A DNA stretch of 63,314 nt, counting the filler, from Rhabdomonas costata (taxonomy: Eukaryota), in the NCBI GenBank assembly GCA_019059605.1. It is 40 parts of 40 records of this genome, joined end to end, with 100 filler letters (N's around TTAATTAATTAA, not from the genome) between each part and the next. Parts side by side here need not be neighbours in the genome. Positions count along the whole stretch, not along the records: positions 11,102 to 12,588 come from JAHMHO010014739.1; positions 12,689 to 14,174 come from JAHMHO010014740.1; positions 14,275 to 15,760 come from JAHMHO010014741.1; positions 15,861 to 17,345 come from JAHMHO010014742.1; positions 17,446 to 18,931 come from JAHMHO010014743.1; positions 19,032 to 20,517 come from JAHMHO010014744.1; positions 20,618 to 22,102 come from JAHMHO010014745.1; positions 22,203 to 23,687 come from JAHMHO010014746.1; 32 more parts are not named here. One strand, written 5' to 3'. The notes below the pieces were generated by a model that was given only the letters and a program-made list of their open reading frames with translations, was not told the origin of the DNA and ran no database searches. The first letter of the stretch is position 1. The number at the start of each line of letters is the position of its first letter. Below are positions 11,316 through 23,897 of this stretch, piece by piece. A program made the position numbers and the translations under genes.

Positions 11316-14274
11316 TGCAAAAGTAGAAAAAAAGAGACAGAGTACTGTCGACTGTGTAAATAGGGCCGCATTTCCCATTGTCCTCCACAGTTTTCAGCCA
11401 GAAAAAAGTGAATGAAAGAATTGTCAGGAGAAAACCATTCTTTTCACGGGCATGCCGGTGACGACAGGGCACGCAGACACATCCTCTGCGGGGACAACCA
11501 CGGGGTGCAGGAGAGAACACCCGTAACGAGACGAGGCATGAGAATAAGTAAAGAAGAAACATGGGGAAATGTCTGCTTGTGTGTGCGTGTCCCTGTTTCG
11601 TCACGGGCCTTTGCGCCAGCACTTACCCTTACGTGCATCACAACCATGATTGTCATACTGATTTCATGAAACCACCCGTATAACGAAGCAAACAGGAAAA
11701 AAATGCAGTGGGGTGAAGGTGATCCACAGCATGAAAGCATTGCTGCACTGCCGCACACTGCAGACCCTTGCCAAAACGGGGATCCATGGATAGCAACTAC
11801 GACCCATCTCAGAAATTCTGCTGCAAGCGGCGCGGCAGGGCCTCAAAGTGCGCAAAGCTTAGCCGGCAGCCGGCTGACATCTGCCGAAAGTTCCAGCGCT
11901 CGGTTGCACCAGAAGCCACGTTTGAGGAAACTCTGAAAAAATTCTCATATGGCCCCAAGCTTTCTCTTCACTCCCAGAAGGCCCCCCTCGTGGGCTCCAG
12001 AAGGCATAGGTTCCCGGGACGCTGCCGGGGGGTCCAGTGCGGCAGAAGAGGGAGGCGGGCGAGACCCCATCCCACATGGCGCCCGCTCGTGGGGGGTCTT
12101 GCTTGTGTTGGGACCAAAGTCCACCATGGCAGCTTCGGGCGGAATCTGTAAACACCGGTAGTAAAGAGGGCACCAAGGGCTACCCGCCCACACCACAGAA
12201 AACGAAACCAATCTTGCGATCTTGTGCTGATTCCGAAGCAGGACGAAGTCGAATAGGGGTGATGTAGCTGAACGAGGGAGAGGCACTGGTCACTGGTCAG
12301 TCACGCAGCGTTCTATAGCATGCCGCCAATCATTTGCCCATGTTGGCAGGATTCCCTGATCAAGACGTGGCAACCGTCGACTCCCCCCCCCCGGACCTGA
12401 GCAATCAAGATCACCGTCCTGGGGGTGGGGGAGGGCTGATACGCTGGGACAGGAAACATACTTTTGCTGAGCTGGTCACTCCGAGTGTGTGCGAGTGTGT
12501 GTGTGTGTGCGTGCTTGCGTGCGTGTATGTGTGTATGTTGCAAACTGCACAACGTGCACAACGCTCGAGTGGTGGGTACCCCCCCCCCNNNNNNNNNNNN
12601 NNNNNNNNNNNNNNNNNNNNNNNNNNNNNNNNTTAATTAATTAANNNNNNNNNNNNNNNNNNNNNNNNNNNNNNNNNNNNNNNNNNNNGGTTGGGTGGTA
12701 GGCCACAGGTCGTTCCTTTTTGGAGGCCTTTTGCCGCCGGTACGCTGGGGACCCTCTGCTCTGCATGCCCTTCGTTGGTCGTTGTTAGGCTGCTTTCCTT
12801 TTTCCTCCCGTCTTACCGACTGCTCTGTCTACCTTCCTTTTTGCCCCGTCGTGCAGCAGTTTGCCGGTGCTCGAGGGACTGTGGGCCCCATGAAAAGAAG
12901 AGAACGGGATGAATGGGCCCCTTTGTACCGTTTTTCCATTTTTCCTGCACTGGCTCTTGCTCCTTCTTAGAACCCCCACCGCTAGTAAGGCCAGTGCGGC
13001 TTTTTCATTGTACCAGACCCCGGGCGATGTTGAAGGAAAGGCGCACGTTCGTTTTAGCGATGCGTTTTCACACCCACGCAAGCCACAAGTCGAATAAGCA
13101 AACATATCCACAAACAAACAAATCCACACAGAAACACAAACAAACAAAAACGAGCCAAACAAACTGCTTTCTGCTCTCTCTTTCTCTCTTTCGCTATCAT
13201 TGTGCCTCTGCTGACGGTGCTTTGGTCATTTCGTGCAGCTGTAGAACTTTCTCCTCCCATTTCTTCTGGAGCTTCCCCCTCCCCCCTCCTCCATTTTTCC
13301 TTGTGGTTATTTGTCGAAAGTGTTTGGGTGTGTCTGTTTGCCCGCCATTGAGTGTATGCTACTGCTACTGCTGCTGCAGGGCTGCTTTGCCACCTTCCAC
13401 GTGAGCACCCCCCGCCCCAAGCGTTCCGCTGGGGCGCCCTTCTCTCCCTTTTTCCAGTCCATTCGCCGTCTGCTCGTGCATTAGCACGGGGTTGCAGTCT
13501 CTTTTGTGCGGACCTCTCCCCGCTTTCCTTTCGTCATCATCGGAGCCTCCCCGCCCGTCCCCCGCCCCTCACTCCCATGCACCCGTGTCACGCAAGATGG
13601 GGCGCCTGGGCTTCCTTACTACTTCGTGATGAGAACTAATGCCAAAGCGGTGCCAGCTTTGCGTTCCGGTCCGGTCGGGCAGGTCCAGTTCCGGGAGGCT
13701 AACATGCAAATAGGACAGGACTACCCAAAAGCACGATCCGCTGACCTTATCCGGCATTCCGAAAATGCAAAATGTCTCATGAAGATGACAGGAATCCAAT
13801 TTGAATCCAATTTGTTTTTGCCCCATGCACTCCTGCGCACAACAGCCCTCGCCCGTGTAGTGGCCAGCGGTTCTATGTGAAATCCGTGTCATCCAGTATT
13901 GTGTGTGTTCCCTGCCCCCACCCAGGAAAGGACGACCCCACAATGGTGCCATCCAACGAGACTGATGTTTCTCCGCTTGAAAGAGTGTGGGGGGGAGGGA
14001 TGCAAAAAAAGGGTGTTATCTCTATCGTCGGTCGGTGTGCTCTGTACTGTTGGAAAGGATTTCGTGCTCGCCCCATGAACTTTTCCTGTTGTGTCCCATC
14101 ATCGTTGGTGTCTTGTAGCCATGCCGTGGGTTTGCCCGTCGAAGGAAAGATTTCCCGCCCTTGCCCGACCTTCTNNNNNNNNNNNNNNNNNNNNNNNNNN
14201 NNNNNNNNNNNNNNNNNNTTAATTAATTAANNNNNNNNNNNNNNNNNNNNNNNNNNNNNNNNNNNNNNNNNNNN

Positions 14275-14709
14275 TGTGTTGGTTAGAAGAGGTGAAGTTA
14301 GACCCTTGTGTTTTTGGAGAGGCATGTCACAGGCTGTTGGTAACACTGTGCATGGATTTGTTCGCGTCCCAGAGGCATAATCAGTTGCCGAGTTATTTTA
14401 CGGCAGATGAGGTGGATGAGGCAGAGCTAGGATGTAACGCATTCGCGAACGAGTGGAGTACAGAGGTTTGCTTGTACGCAAATCCTCCGTGGAGTTTGAT
14501 CCCATTGGTTCTGATGAATATTTGCAGAGATAAAGCGCGAGTGTTGCTAGTTAGCCCCAAACTTGACGGACGCACCTTTGTTTCCTCTGTTGAAAGAAAT
14601 GACAGTGCGGAGGTGGTTGAGAGGAGGTAAGATTTATTTGTCAGAGAAGGGTGAGCTGAGACACCCGCCTGCCAAGGTGACCGACATTGTTTTTGCACGT
14701 GGTCGGTAA
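14275..14709 (+). pseudogene. Decayed retrotransposon-type DNA amino (N6-adenine, Dam-like) methyltransferase domain
   Basis: MDLFASQRHNQLPSYF...NAFANEW...LYANPPWSLIPLVL..I.RDKARVLLVSP matches the methyltransferase domain of DIRS1-type elements. After a +1 frameshift near 14557 it continues PNLTDAPLFPLLKEMTVRR...LSEKGELRHPP. Confidence 0.85.
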
Positions 14710-14739
14710 AGAAGTTGAGGGGTGGTGTACCAAGAGGAT

Positions 14740-15698
14740 GTGAATAGGGCTTGGAGAAGTATGGATTGAGAAGTTACGAAGTTATTGAACAAGCTGAGAG
14801 TTGCTGGAAATTTTCAGTTTTTCGTGCCTCAGTTCACACTGGAAGCCAAGCTATTGAGAGGGTGTCCTTTTGTTAACGACTTACACTTGAGGTACCTTTT
14901 AATTCAAGGGTTGGAGTCAGACATGAAGGCAGATATGATGACTAAAAAGCGTTTGAGTTTGCAGGAAAACGTTGATGCAGCCTTGGAGTTCCACAGGAAA
15001 CCCAGAGCGCCACGAAAGGGTCATTGTTGTCGCGCGGCCAGCAGAGAAAGCTGCAGCAAAACCGACAGGAATGGAGCTGAATTCCATGAGATACGGTAAC
15101 TCGCCGTTTGGATGGGCGCGGTACTTTGACCAACCACCAGCTTGAATTCAATCACACGGTTCAGAGAGTGTGGGTGTGGTCAGTGCTCGCTCGAGTGGCC
15201 TGAGTGGGATGTCGGTTGACGGGGGTTGGGACGCCATGACGTCAGGGGGGGCTATCGCGTCGCCGCCCAGAGGAGTACTGTTTGTGGAACGCGAAGAGAC
15301 GCAAGCCAACGCAGTTAGGACTCCGTCACCTAGACCCCCATCCCCAACGACCAGAGTGTACTCCAGGTGGGAGTAGAGGAAAAGGAGGATTCCGTAGAAC
15401 TGTTTTGCCTGTTAGATACAGACCAAGAGTAGGTGGTAGACCGGTGATGGGACATAGGTCTATCTCGCCGAGAACACCGGCGACAGCAAATACCATTAGG
15501 TTGGAATGGATAAGACCGTTTGCACAATCACCCTTGGACAACGCGGTGCAACAAGGGGCGCCGAGGTGTTTTTACTGCAAATTACCAGGCCATTTTATAA
15601 AGGATTGCCCGGAAATCATGTCGAGAGCGTCAGCACCAACGACATTGTCAGGAAGTGCACAGTTTCAGGACGGGGTAACTGTACCTGTCAATAAGTAA
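14740..15698 (+). mobile_element. Decayed retrotransposon gag with CCHC zinc knuckle
   Basis: Gag-like helical segment (FVPQFTLEAKLL...RYLLIQGLESDMKADMMTKKRLSLQENVDAALEF), a Pro/Arg-rich linker with stops and frameshifts, then CFYCKLPGHFIKDC (CX2CX4HX4C) near 15567-15608. Confidence 0.75.
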
Positions 15699-16261
15699 AA
15701 CCCAAACCGAAGATGGTTGGAAGTGGGGCGACTCCAACCCACACCAAACACACCCACCACNNNNNNNNNNNNNNNNNNNNNNNNNNNNNNNNNNNNNNNN
15801 NNNNTTAATTAATTAANNNNNNNNNNNNNNNNNNNNNNNNNNNNNNNNNNNNNNNNNNNNGGTTTGTGTGTCATTGGAGGCCATTGGAGGCCATATAGAA
15901 CCTTTCCGTACACACCCACACTTAGGCGTTCAGGGGGAGGGGGCGTTACGGTACGCGTATTTGGGGACCAACTCCTCCGCACACCACAGATGAATTTCAG
16001 GACGGGATAAGCACTCGTAAAAAACACAGGCGAATCGGCGGTCGGGAGCACAGCTGGCGTGTGAGACATGTCATCACTGCCCCCATTAATCATAACATGC
16101 AAACAGCCTCAAAAAGGCTATCATTTTTGGGTTTTGCACGATCTTTTCGGCAGCTTCAACCTGAAGAATTTTGCCCCATTCTGGAGCCATCATAGAGAAG
16201 TAATCTACCCCTAAGACGCGGTACGAAGCCATCATATATCATCTACATAAAGAAATCAAAC

Positions 16262-16888
16262 CGAGAGGTCTGCCGGCAGGGTCGCATTCTCAATCGCGTC
16301 CTGCACAGGCCCGGGGATGGGGGTGGTGGCCTTGTGGAACATGTTTCTCATCATCGCGACGGGCACCTGGCAGTCCAGTGCTGCATACAGCGGCATGAAC
16401 CCCACAGAGTACGGCGTTGCCGAGACCTGCGACAAGAGTCGGTGACATGTGGGCACAGCTCAACGATTTATGGCCTTTTTTGGACGATGCTTGGACGACG
16501 GCACGGGAGGCAAGGTAAACTGAGTCAGCTTTTTTTTTTGCTCTGCGCGTTCTCAATCGCACAGCCACGTAAATGATTGCAAAGCCAAACTGGCCAATCT
16601 CAACATCAAAACACGCACACGATCACCTCGTTCCCTCGAAAGGGAACAACTCCAAGCATGAGACACGAGAGAACGAACGTGGAAGATGAGATGGAAGAGG
16701 GCCGGGTGGGGGTTTGCCTTGGCCCCAATAGAAAGAGCGTCGCTGGTCGCCGACACCACCACCCGCGCCGCGGTGGAGGGGAATCCCTGCCACATTCCCG
16801 AGTCCGAGAAGGTCCCAAAGGAGGACTGCCACGTCCCGCTGAGCTGGGAAAGGGTTGTGGTTAGCAGCGTGGTCTCCTCGGAATGGCC
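16262..16888 (-). CDS. PstS-like (type 2 periplasmic phosphate-binding fold) domain protein, two exons
   Basis: Exons 16718-16888 and 16262-16426 give GHSEETTLLTTTLSQLSGTWQSSFG...W...VSATPYSVGFMPLYAAL...VAMMRN...TTPIPGPVQDAIENATLPADLS. This follows the PstS pattern SGTT..FT..LS.....W....G...W...V..TPGSIGY...A......A.L.N..G..V.P...I..A......P.DL. Both exons have CAG acceptors and high GC3. Confidence 0.7.
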
Positions 16889-17561
16889 CTGCGCACAAAA
16901 AAAGCATACCAATCAGTGAAAAACAATACATGGGCGGTGCCGGAATAGTGGGAATTATAGCTATGCCACATACGGCATTCAGCATAGCATAATGGCTATA
17001 ATACCCCAATGTACCGGCACCCCCCCCCCCAATGTTTCAATTAGCATATGTTGAGCGTACAACCACAACTTTCTCGACCTGCTCTGCTTTCTTTTTACGA
17101 AACATTCGTTCCTGGCCCTCTTCTGTCTGCGTCCTTATAGTGACCCGTAGATGTTTTCCGGTCCTCCTCGAGGAAAAACCAAAGGTTTATTGAAGAGAGC
17201 CCATCTCGATCTCGACCCCCTTGCAAATGTATCCATCTCGATGATGTCAACACACTTTACTCAACTCTATTCAGAACTAAACAACATTATCAGACAAAAA
17301 CAACTTCGTCGTCCACGGTTTAATTTTGCTTATCCTGGACCAAAANNNNNNNNNNNNNNNNNNNNNNNNNNNNNNNNNNNNNNNNNNNNTTAATTAATTA
17401 ANNNNNNNNNNNNNNNNNNNNNNNNNNNNNNNNNNNNNNNNNNNNGTTTTGTGGTAGCACAGGAAACGGAGCTACGCTGGTCGTTGCAACCCAACCCAGT
17501 CTCTTCCAAATTTGAAGGCTCCTGTATATTGATATTGTTGCTCTCCCTAGCGAACTCGCAC

Positions 17562-17877
17562 CGCTTCTGCACGGCTTGCTCGTGGGTCTCGTGGAACTTC
17601 TCGATCACCACGGCCATGTAGAGGTTGAAGAACATCAGCTGCCCTACCACGTACAGCACCACAAAGTACACCAGGGCGGCGTAGTTTGTGGCCCGGATCG
17701 TCACCTCCATCAGCCCAGCCCAGCCCTCGTTGGAAATCACCAGAAAGACGGTGATGATGGAGAGGTAGAGGTCGTTGAATGTGAACCGCTGCGAGGCCGG
17801 GAGGGCGTTGTAGAAGAGGTTGACCCCCAGCACGGCGAAGATCAGCACAACCATCATGAACAGCAGGGTGAGGTACA
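17562..17877 (-). CDS. Voltage-gated Ca2+/Na+ channel family exon (S5, pore loop, S6)
   Basis: IFAVLGVNLF...RFTFNDLYLSIITVFLVISNEGW...YFVVLYVVGQLMFFNLYMAVVIEKF, with Glu at the selectivity filter. Bounded by a CAG acceptor and a GTGCGA donor. Confidence 0.92.
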
Positions 17878-20617
17878 CTGAGTAAGGGTTGGCACCGTCA
17901 AAGAACGCCCGTATGAAAACAGAATAGCACACACACAAAATGTGGCCAAGGTTCGGCCTAGCAATGTGTAGCCCCACGTTGTGAGCTCAGGGGAGATCAT
18001 AAAGGGGTACTCACAAGCGCAGGCGGGTGTGTTTCAGGCTGCGTTCGGCTTCGGCCTGATAGGTTGATTCAAATGCACCTGTACAAATCAGAGACTGTCC
18101 TTTTTGCGGAATTGTGTTGACAGAGGTGTCTTTTTTCTCCTTTGCATACATCCTTTCCTCTCCCTCCAACCTGACACCCCACCCCAAAGTATTCAGTTTT
18201 CTATACTATCATTTAGTGAAATTAGTACCGTCCATGACATCAGCTTCGCCCGTGCACCCTTACGCCCCAGCACCGTGATTTCGATGCAAAGAGAGAGATG
18301 AAGCTAGCAGTACCCCAAAATTCCCCCAGCCAAAAGTTCCGCCCACCGTAACTTCAACAAACTTATGTGGCGCGAACTCAGAAGCCGAACGGTGCGAGTT
18401 CTAGCTGCTAATTGTGGGCCTCTAGGTTGAACCAATAAAGTTGAGGAGGCGATGCACGCTTGCCGATGCTTTTTTCCAGGCTTTGTTGTACCGCTCCGCT
18501 GCGCTCCGCGGTACAAGGTCCTAATGGGGATCCAAGATGCACCTGTTCAAGGGGGAGATGCTTCGCCGTCCCTGATAATGCTAAGGAGTGCCCCGCCCAC
18601 TGTTGTTTCCGGATCGAGAAGATTAAAGTGACGCCAGGGCTTGCCTTTTTGCAAGTTGAAAAAGTCGCGGGCACCGCGGCGCATATGTTTTTGCAACGGC
18701 TGGGGTTCATAAGGGCATTTTACATAAAGGAGCGCTGACAAAAGATATCGTATCGCCAACACAACACCCCGGGTAATTTTCCAGGGGGGATCCAGGATGC
18801 ACGAGCGCCTCAGCCCTCTTTTGGCAAACTTTTCGGATGCTCAGTTGTGAACGTGGCAGCACCAGCCATTAGGGTCACCCATCTTCTTGCGCATCTCACT
18901 AAGATGGGTTCCGGTCTCTTTCCCACCAACANNNNNNNNNNNNNNNNNNNNNNNNNNNNNNNNNNNNNNNNNNNNTTAATTAATTAANNNNNNNNNNNNN
19001 NNNNNNNNNNNNNNNNNNNNNNNNNNNNNNNTTCCATTTTTTTGTACGCCGCCCATCGTTCCGTTAGTATTTCTCCGCTTTTTGTGGCATAGTGAGTTGC
19101 TCAGCCTCTTTAAAGTGAGAGTCTTGGGTTGTGTCAAGTGCTCCGTTTGAATTCCCTGAGTATGGTGTTCTGTTTGACATCCCTCCCGTCACTTCGTCAC
19201 TTGTGCGAGAGAATTCTCCGTGGGATTTTTTATGCTGATGTTTGCCAGGAAGCTCTGTGAAATCTGTGGTACGTGCGTGCATGCGTCAACCCTGTGGCTG
19301 CTTTGGGCACTTTTTCTCCATCCTGTGTGCCAACGCGGTCGCCCCTCAGACGGCTGGTGAGTGGTACTTCGAGTCAGTCACCTTTGTTTTTCGTGTCTAC
19401 TCCTTTTTTCAACTCTCCCTCCCTCCCAATGCGGAGTTGGTGCTGTTCATGCGCTTTGTCACGAGGAGGTGTTGGCAGGGATTTCTGCCAACGTTCCTCG
19501 CCAATGCCGCTGAGAGAGAGGCAGGCAGGGAGGGAGGGAGAGAGAGGGGGGCCTTGTGGGGCGCGCGTTCCGTGCCAGGCACATCTTGTGTGCATTATTT
19601 GTGTAGCAGGCCACCCCCGTGGTTGAGAACCCTGGCTCCACCCTTGTCTTTTGGGCCCTTGGTTTTCCCCCCAGGAGTGTGTTGTTGTCTTCCTTATCCA
19701 CCTCCCAACTCTTTGTGTGATGACTGCGAAGGAACGTTGGACCGCATCAACCGTGGGAAAACGCTGAGTTGTGCCATCTCTCTCTTTTTTTTTGGAGGAG
19801 TACTGCTCTCCTGGAATGATGGGTTCACGGATGGAGGAGGCATTTTTAAAATACTCTAAACAACCGTAAAACTGCAGGGAAATTTTTCTCCAAAAAGCCG
19901 CTTTTATTAAGTTGACAAAGTGATTGTTGAATTGGAGACTTGAGTTCTTTTTGTATTCTTTTTTGGAACAAAAAAATTCGGGTGCTATTCTCGACCACTT
20001 ATGCCGTAATATTGTCACTTGAAGCTGCGTTCACTCTTCAGGTATTCACTCTTAACTGCAATGCTCCACCAACTTTCACCTCCTTGCTTCTGCTGGCCAT
20101 GGGCGGGGACCGCCTTCCTACTCTGTTTTCGTTTTTGCTAGGGGCTCTGCGTTACTCAGCAAGCTGGCGCTGCCTGACCATCGTTTCGCAATCATTCATC
20201 AGCTGTTCATGGTAAACAGTTTTATTTTTGTTCTTTGCACCCTATGACTGTAAAGTGTTCCTTTACGGGGTCAGTTTATATGGTAGGCACCACCGTAAGT
20301 GGAAGAGAGCAGTTACAGTTAGAGCAAACATTCCAGGGATGACAAAAGTGTGGGCAGTCAGCACGTCATCAGGCTAATCTCTCTGTTTCCGGGTGGAGCT
20401 AACTTCATTCGGTTGTTTCGACGGAGGAAAAATTTTTTACAAAGGGACCGGGAGAGGGTTAACTCGCCATCCCCCATCCAACCTCTGAACAAAAAACAAC
20501 CAACCACACCCACCACANNNNNNNNNNNNNNNNNNNNNNNNNNNNNNNNNNNNNNNNNNNNTTAATTAATTAANNNNNNNNNNNNNNNNNNNNNNNNNNN
20601 NNNNNNNNNNNNNNNNN

Positions 20618-20980
20618 GCTCGATCTGGGACAAGAACTCGCCAAATTCAAGAAGGAAGCGACGGAGAGAAATCCCCGTGAGGCCTCGCGCTTGCATAAAG
20701 GCCCCGAGCGCCGCAGGAATCTGAATGCGCATTGGGTACGTCGCGCGGATGCCTCCCTTCCTGACGGGCACCGAAGCCAGATTCCCCTGCACCTTGGCGA
20801 ATCAGGGACCCCCATGATGACTCCCCAAGGAGCTTTGATGGCGTCGCGCACCTGGGTCGCGAACTCCCGCCTTCCACAAATGGGACAGTACGCAAGAGGT
20901 GAACCACTTTACAGGCGCGCAGATAAATCAGAAGATTGAGTGAGGCGGATTGGGGCACGCGAGGGACTGAAGCCTCTCCA
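20618..20980 (-). mobile_element. Decayed CRE/SLACS-like non-LTR retrotransposon fragment (region C-terminal to RT) downstream of the kinase exon, probably intronic
   Basis: Frameshifted pieces QSASLNLLIYLRACKVVHLLRTVP / RDAIKAPWGVIMG / LASVPVRKGGI...IQIPAALGAF follow the CRE-clade pattern Q.A..LLR.C....K..HLLRT.P...A.LPVR.GGLG......A.L.S. Confidence 0.6.
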
Positions 20981-21118
20981 ACATGCTCGGCGCACACTCG
21001 CAGAGACAGGCGGCGGCTCGTCTGCAGGCTGGGAAGACTGCTTCTGCGAAGAAAGCTTGTACATCATCAAAATGGCCGACGGGCTCAAGCGAATGGGAGG
21101 GGGGGCTGCTATCCGTAC

Positions 21119-21471
21119 CTCATAAACCGGGGCCTTGGAGTTGCGGTCCCTCTCGATCTCCTTAATCGCGACCTGCCTCCCTGTGGCATCCTCCACGGAC
21201 AGATACACCACTCCAAAGCTGCCGCGGCCCAGCAGCTCGGGGCTCAGGTGATATATCTTGCCTTTGTCGCCCTTGACTTGGCTGACCCCCATTGTCACCA
21301 GCGGTAAATAGGGCGGTTGCAGTAAAACGGAATCGGCCGCCATTTTTTCTTCTAGCGCCTCGTTCATCTTGGTGAGAACCACAACCTCTGGTTTCTCCGG
21401 AGCATCAATGGCCCCCATTATGCTGCGATTTCGTGAAGGGATGATTCCACAGGCGCTTCCAGGCATAGAGT
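21119..21471 (-). CDS. Ser/Thr protein kinase exon (subdomains I-III)
   Basis: LLGRGSFGVVYLSVEDATGRQVAIKEIERDRNSKAPVYE followed by a GTACGG donor. Upstream CAG acceptor at 21472. Confidence 0.9.
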
Positions 21472-23897
21472 CTGCAGCAAAGGCACACAATCAGGAACAA
21501 TAATCTGTCCAATTTCACTTCCTCTCCAGCATAAGCCTACTAACGAGCCAAGACTGAGCTTCCCAGTCTCGGCTTGGAGGGGGGACGGGAGGAGGGGGAC
21601 ATATCGTTCCAGTTGCAAAGGTGTTTCAGGCCGGATTCGACAAGCCTTCCCCAAATCCACTAACAATGTGGCAAATGCTTGCCCTACTCGAGTTCGAACT
21701 GCATATTAACACTGTCCTGAAGCGACAGTGTTCAGATTATGCCCCCACCACCACCAAATTAAATGCCTTTGCTTGATACTTGCAATTCGCATATGGAGAG
21801 CACTTCACTCAGACAGGAACTGATCTGTGGAATACGGCGAGGCGACGAGACGAGGTGGCGTGGCACAGACGGGAATTAAAGGGCCTCTTGTTTGGAGGAA
21901 TTCTCCCATTTTTCTTGGTGCAATCCAGCAGCAAAAAAACCCTCCAACCTATCGCGACTGTTATAAAAATTCCGGCGGCATAACGCTAAAACTCACGCAG
22001 GGGGGGATTCCTTTCGAAGAAACAAAGCACATCAGGAACATTCAGGGAAAACACAGAGCCTAACCAATCAAAGCTGCAATAAATGACATAAAATAATAAA
22101 GGNNNNNNNNNNNNNNNNNNNNNNNNNNNNNNNNNNNNNNNNNNNNTTAATTAATTAANNNNNNNNNNNNNNNNNNNNNNNNNNNNNNNNNNNNNNNNNN
22201 NNTTTTGTTTGGGTTTTCCTCTTGCTCGGAGGACAAGAACGAAGGAAGTGGGGCAGAAACATACACACGCAGCACGGTGGTTCAGTGTGTCGCGGTGACC
22301 CTACAAATAAAAACAGTGCCACTTTCCACGGCGCGCTGCCCACTTCCTCGGATTCCATCCAGCCTCGGCTCAGCGGTTGCGGAAGCCCGTGGCCGCCGTG
22401 CCTCCTTGCTTCCACGGATGAAGGCGAGCCCAGCTCTGGGGATGGTTCCGTTCGAAGCGCCATGAATGTCAGGATCAACAAGCCCGGGTCGTTCACCCCG
22501 TTTGTGAAAAGGCACTCTCCCAAAGGTTCATATTCGGCTCTTCGAATTGTCGAAGAGGTGTTCTGTTTAGGACGTTCTCTCAGTTTTATGAGTTTTTTTT
22601 GCTCCTCGTGTCTCATCAAGACTTCTCAGGGTGCTTTCTTTGTGACGGCGAATACTTATGTTTTGCGTTGGGGAAGGACGAGAGACAGCAGATAAAGTGT
22701 TTCTGTGTTCCTCCACTTCTCTGTTGTTTCTTCCCTGTTGTAGCTGTCCGTTCATTTAGGCCGGAGTTCAAGAGGCGTGGTCGCCTCCCACCAAGGCTGT
22801 TTTATTCCCGCCAGTGTTCCTTCGATTGGACTCTTGTCCCCAGAGAGATTTTTCCACTTGATCTGCAATTTGTTCTTCTATTCCTGTTCCACTCGAGCAG
22901 AGGCTTGCTCAGGTTTTTATTCTTGTGTTCGGGGAAGTTTGGGATTTAATGGGGATTTAGTAGTCTTTTACTTCATGTAGTATTTGTAAAAGTTTCAGAA
23001 CCTTTGTCGATCGGGTGATTGCACGGTTTTGCCATCCCCTGCGCACAGGGTAGCCGGACTGAGCTCTGACGTCCCTCTTGGTGTTTCTTTTTTGGGTTTT
23101 GCTGGGTCGTGTCACGAGTGTTGTTCATTCAAATCATTCTCTTGCGTTCTTGTTGGGTCAATTCTGCACAACGAAGTGCAGAATACGACCCCTCGCGTGC
23201 TTTGCTTTTTTGGGAACGCATGCACACATCGAGACTTCGAGGGGTTTATCGGACAACTCTCTCAGTGCACGTTGTTGGCATCTTTCCTCCCACCTCTACC
23301 TCGCCTCCTTTTCCTTTTTTTTCCTCCCAGTGTGCTGATTTTTCACTTCATATATACGTAAGCACCGTACTAATGCGTGCTCCTGTGCATATACTCCATT
23401 TTTCCAGAATCCCTCCCGTCCCTAGCTGTGGTGTGCTGCCACCGCTTGGAAATGTTCGCAACAGATATTCGGGCTTTCCGTTTTCAGTGTTCGATTCCGG
23501 CCACCACGGATGAAGGAGTTTATTGTTCTCACTGGAGATGCTCATAGAACTTCCAAATGCCAAAAATTTGAGGCGGAATAGGACAGGGGCTTCCGTACCG
23601 GGCCCTAGGGGAATCGAGCCTCGGAGGGACCCACCAATCCCGCGGCCCTCATACCCCCTCATACACACGTGACACAGTCCCAGTACTNNNNNNNNNNNNN
23701 NNNNNNNNNNNNNNNNNNNNNNNNNNNNNNNTTAATTAATTAANNNNNNNNNNNNNNNNNNNNNNNNNNNNNNNNNNNNNNNNNNNNTTTGTGTGGTCGG
23801 GGTTGGGGACTCAGGACTTGAGTAAATGTTCTGGGCATCGGTTTGGGTCGTTTCTCACATGGTGGGATCGGTTCGTATTACAAAGTGAAGGACATAC

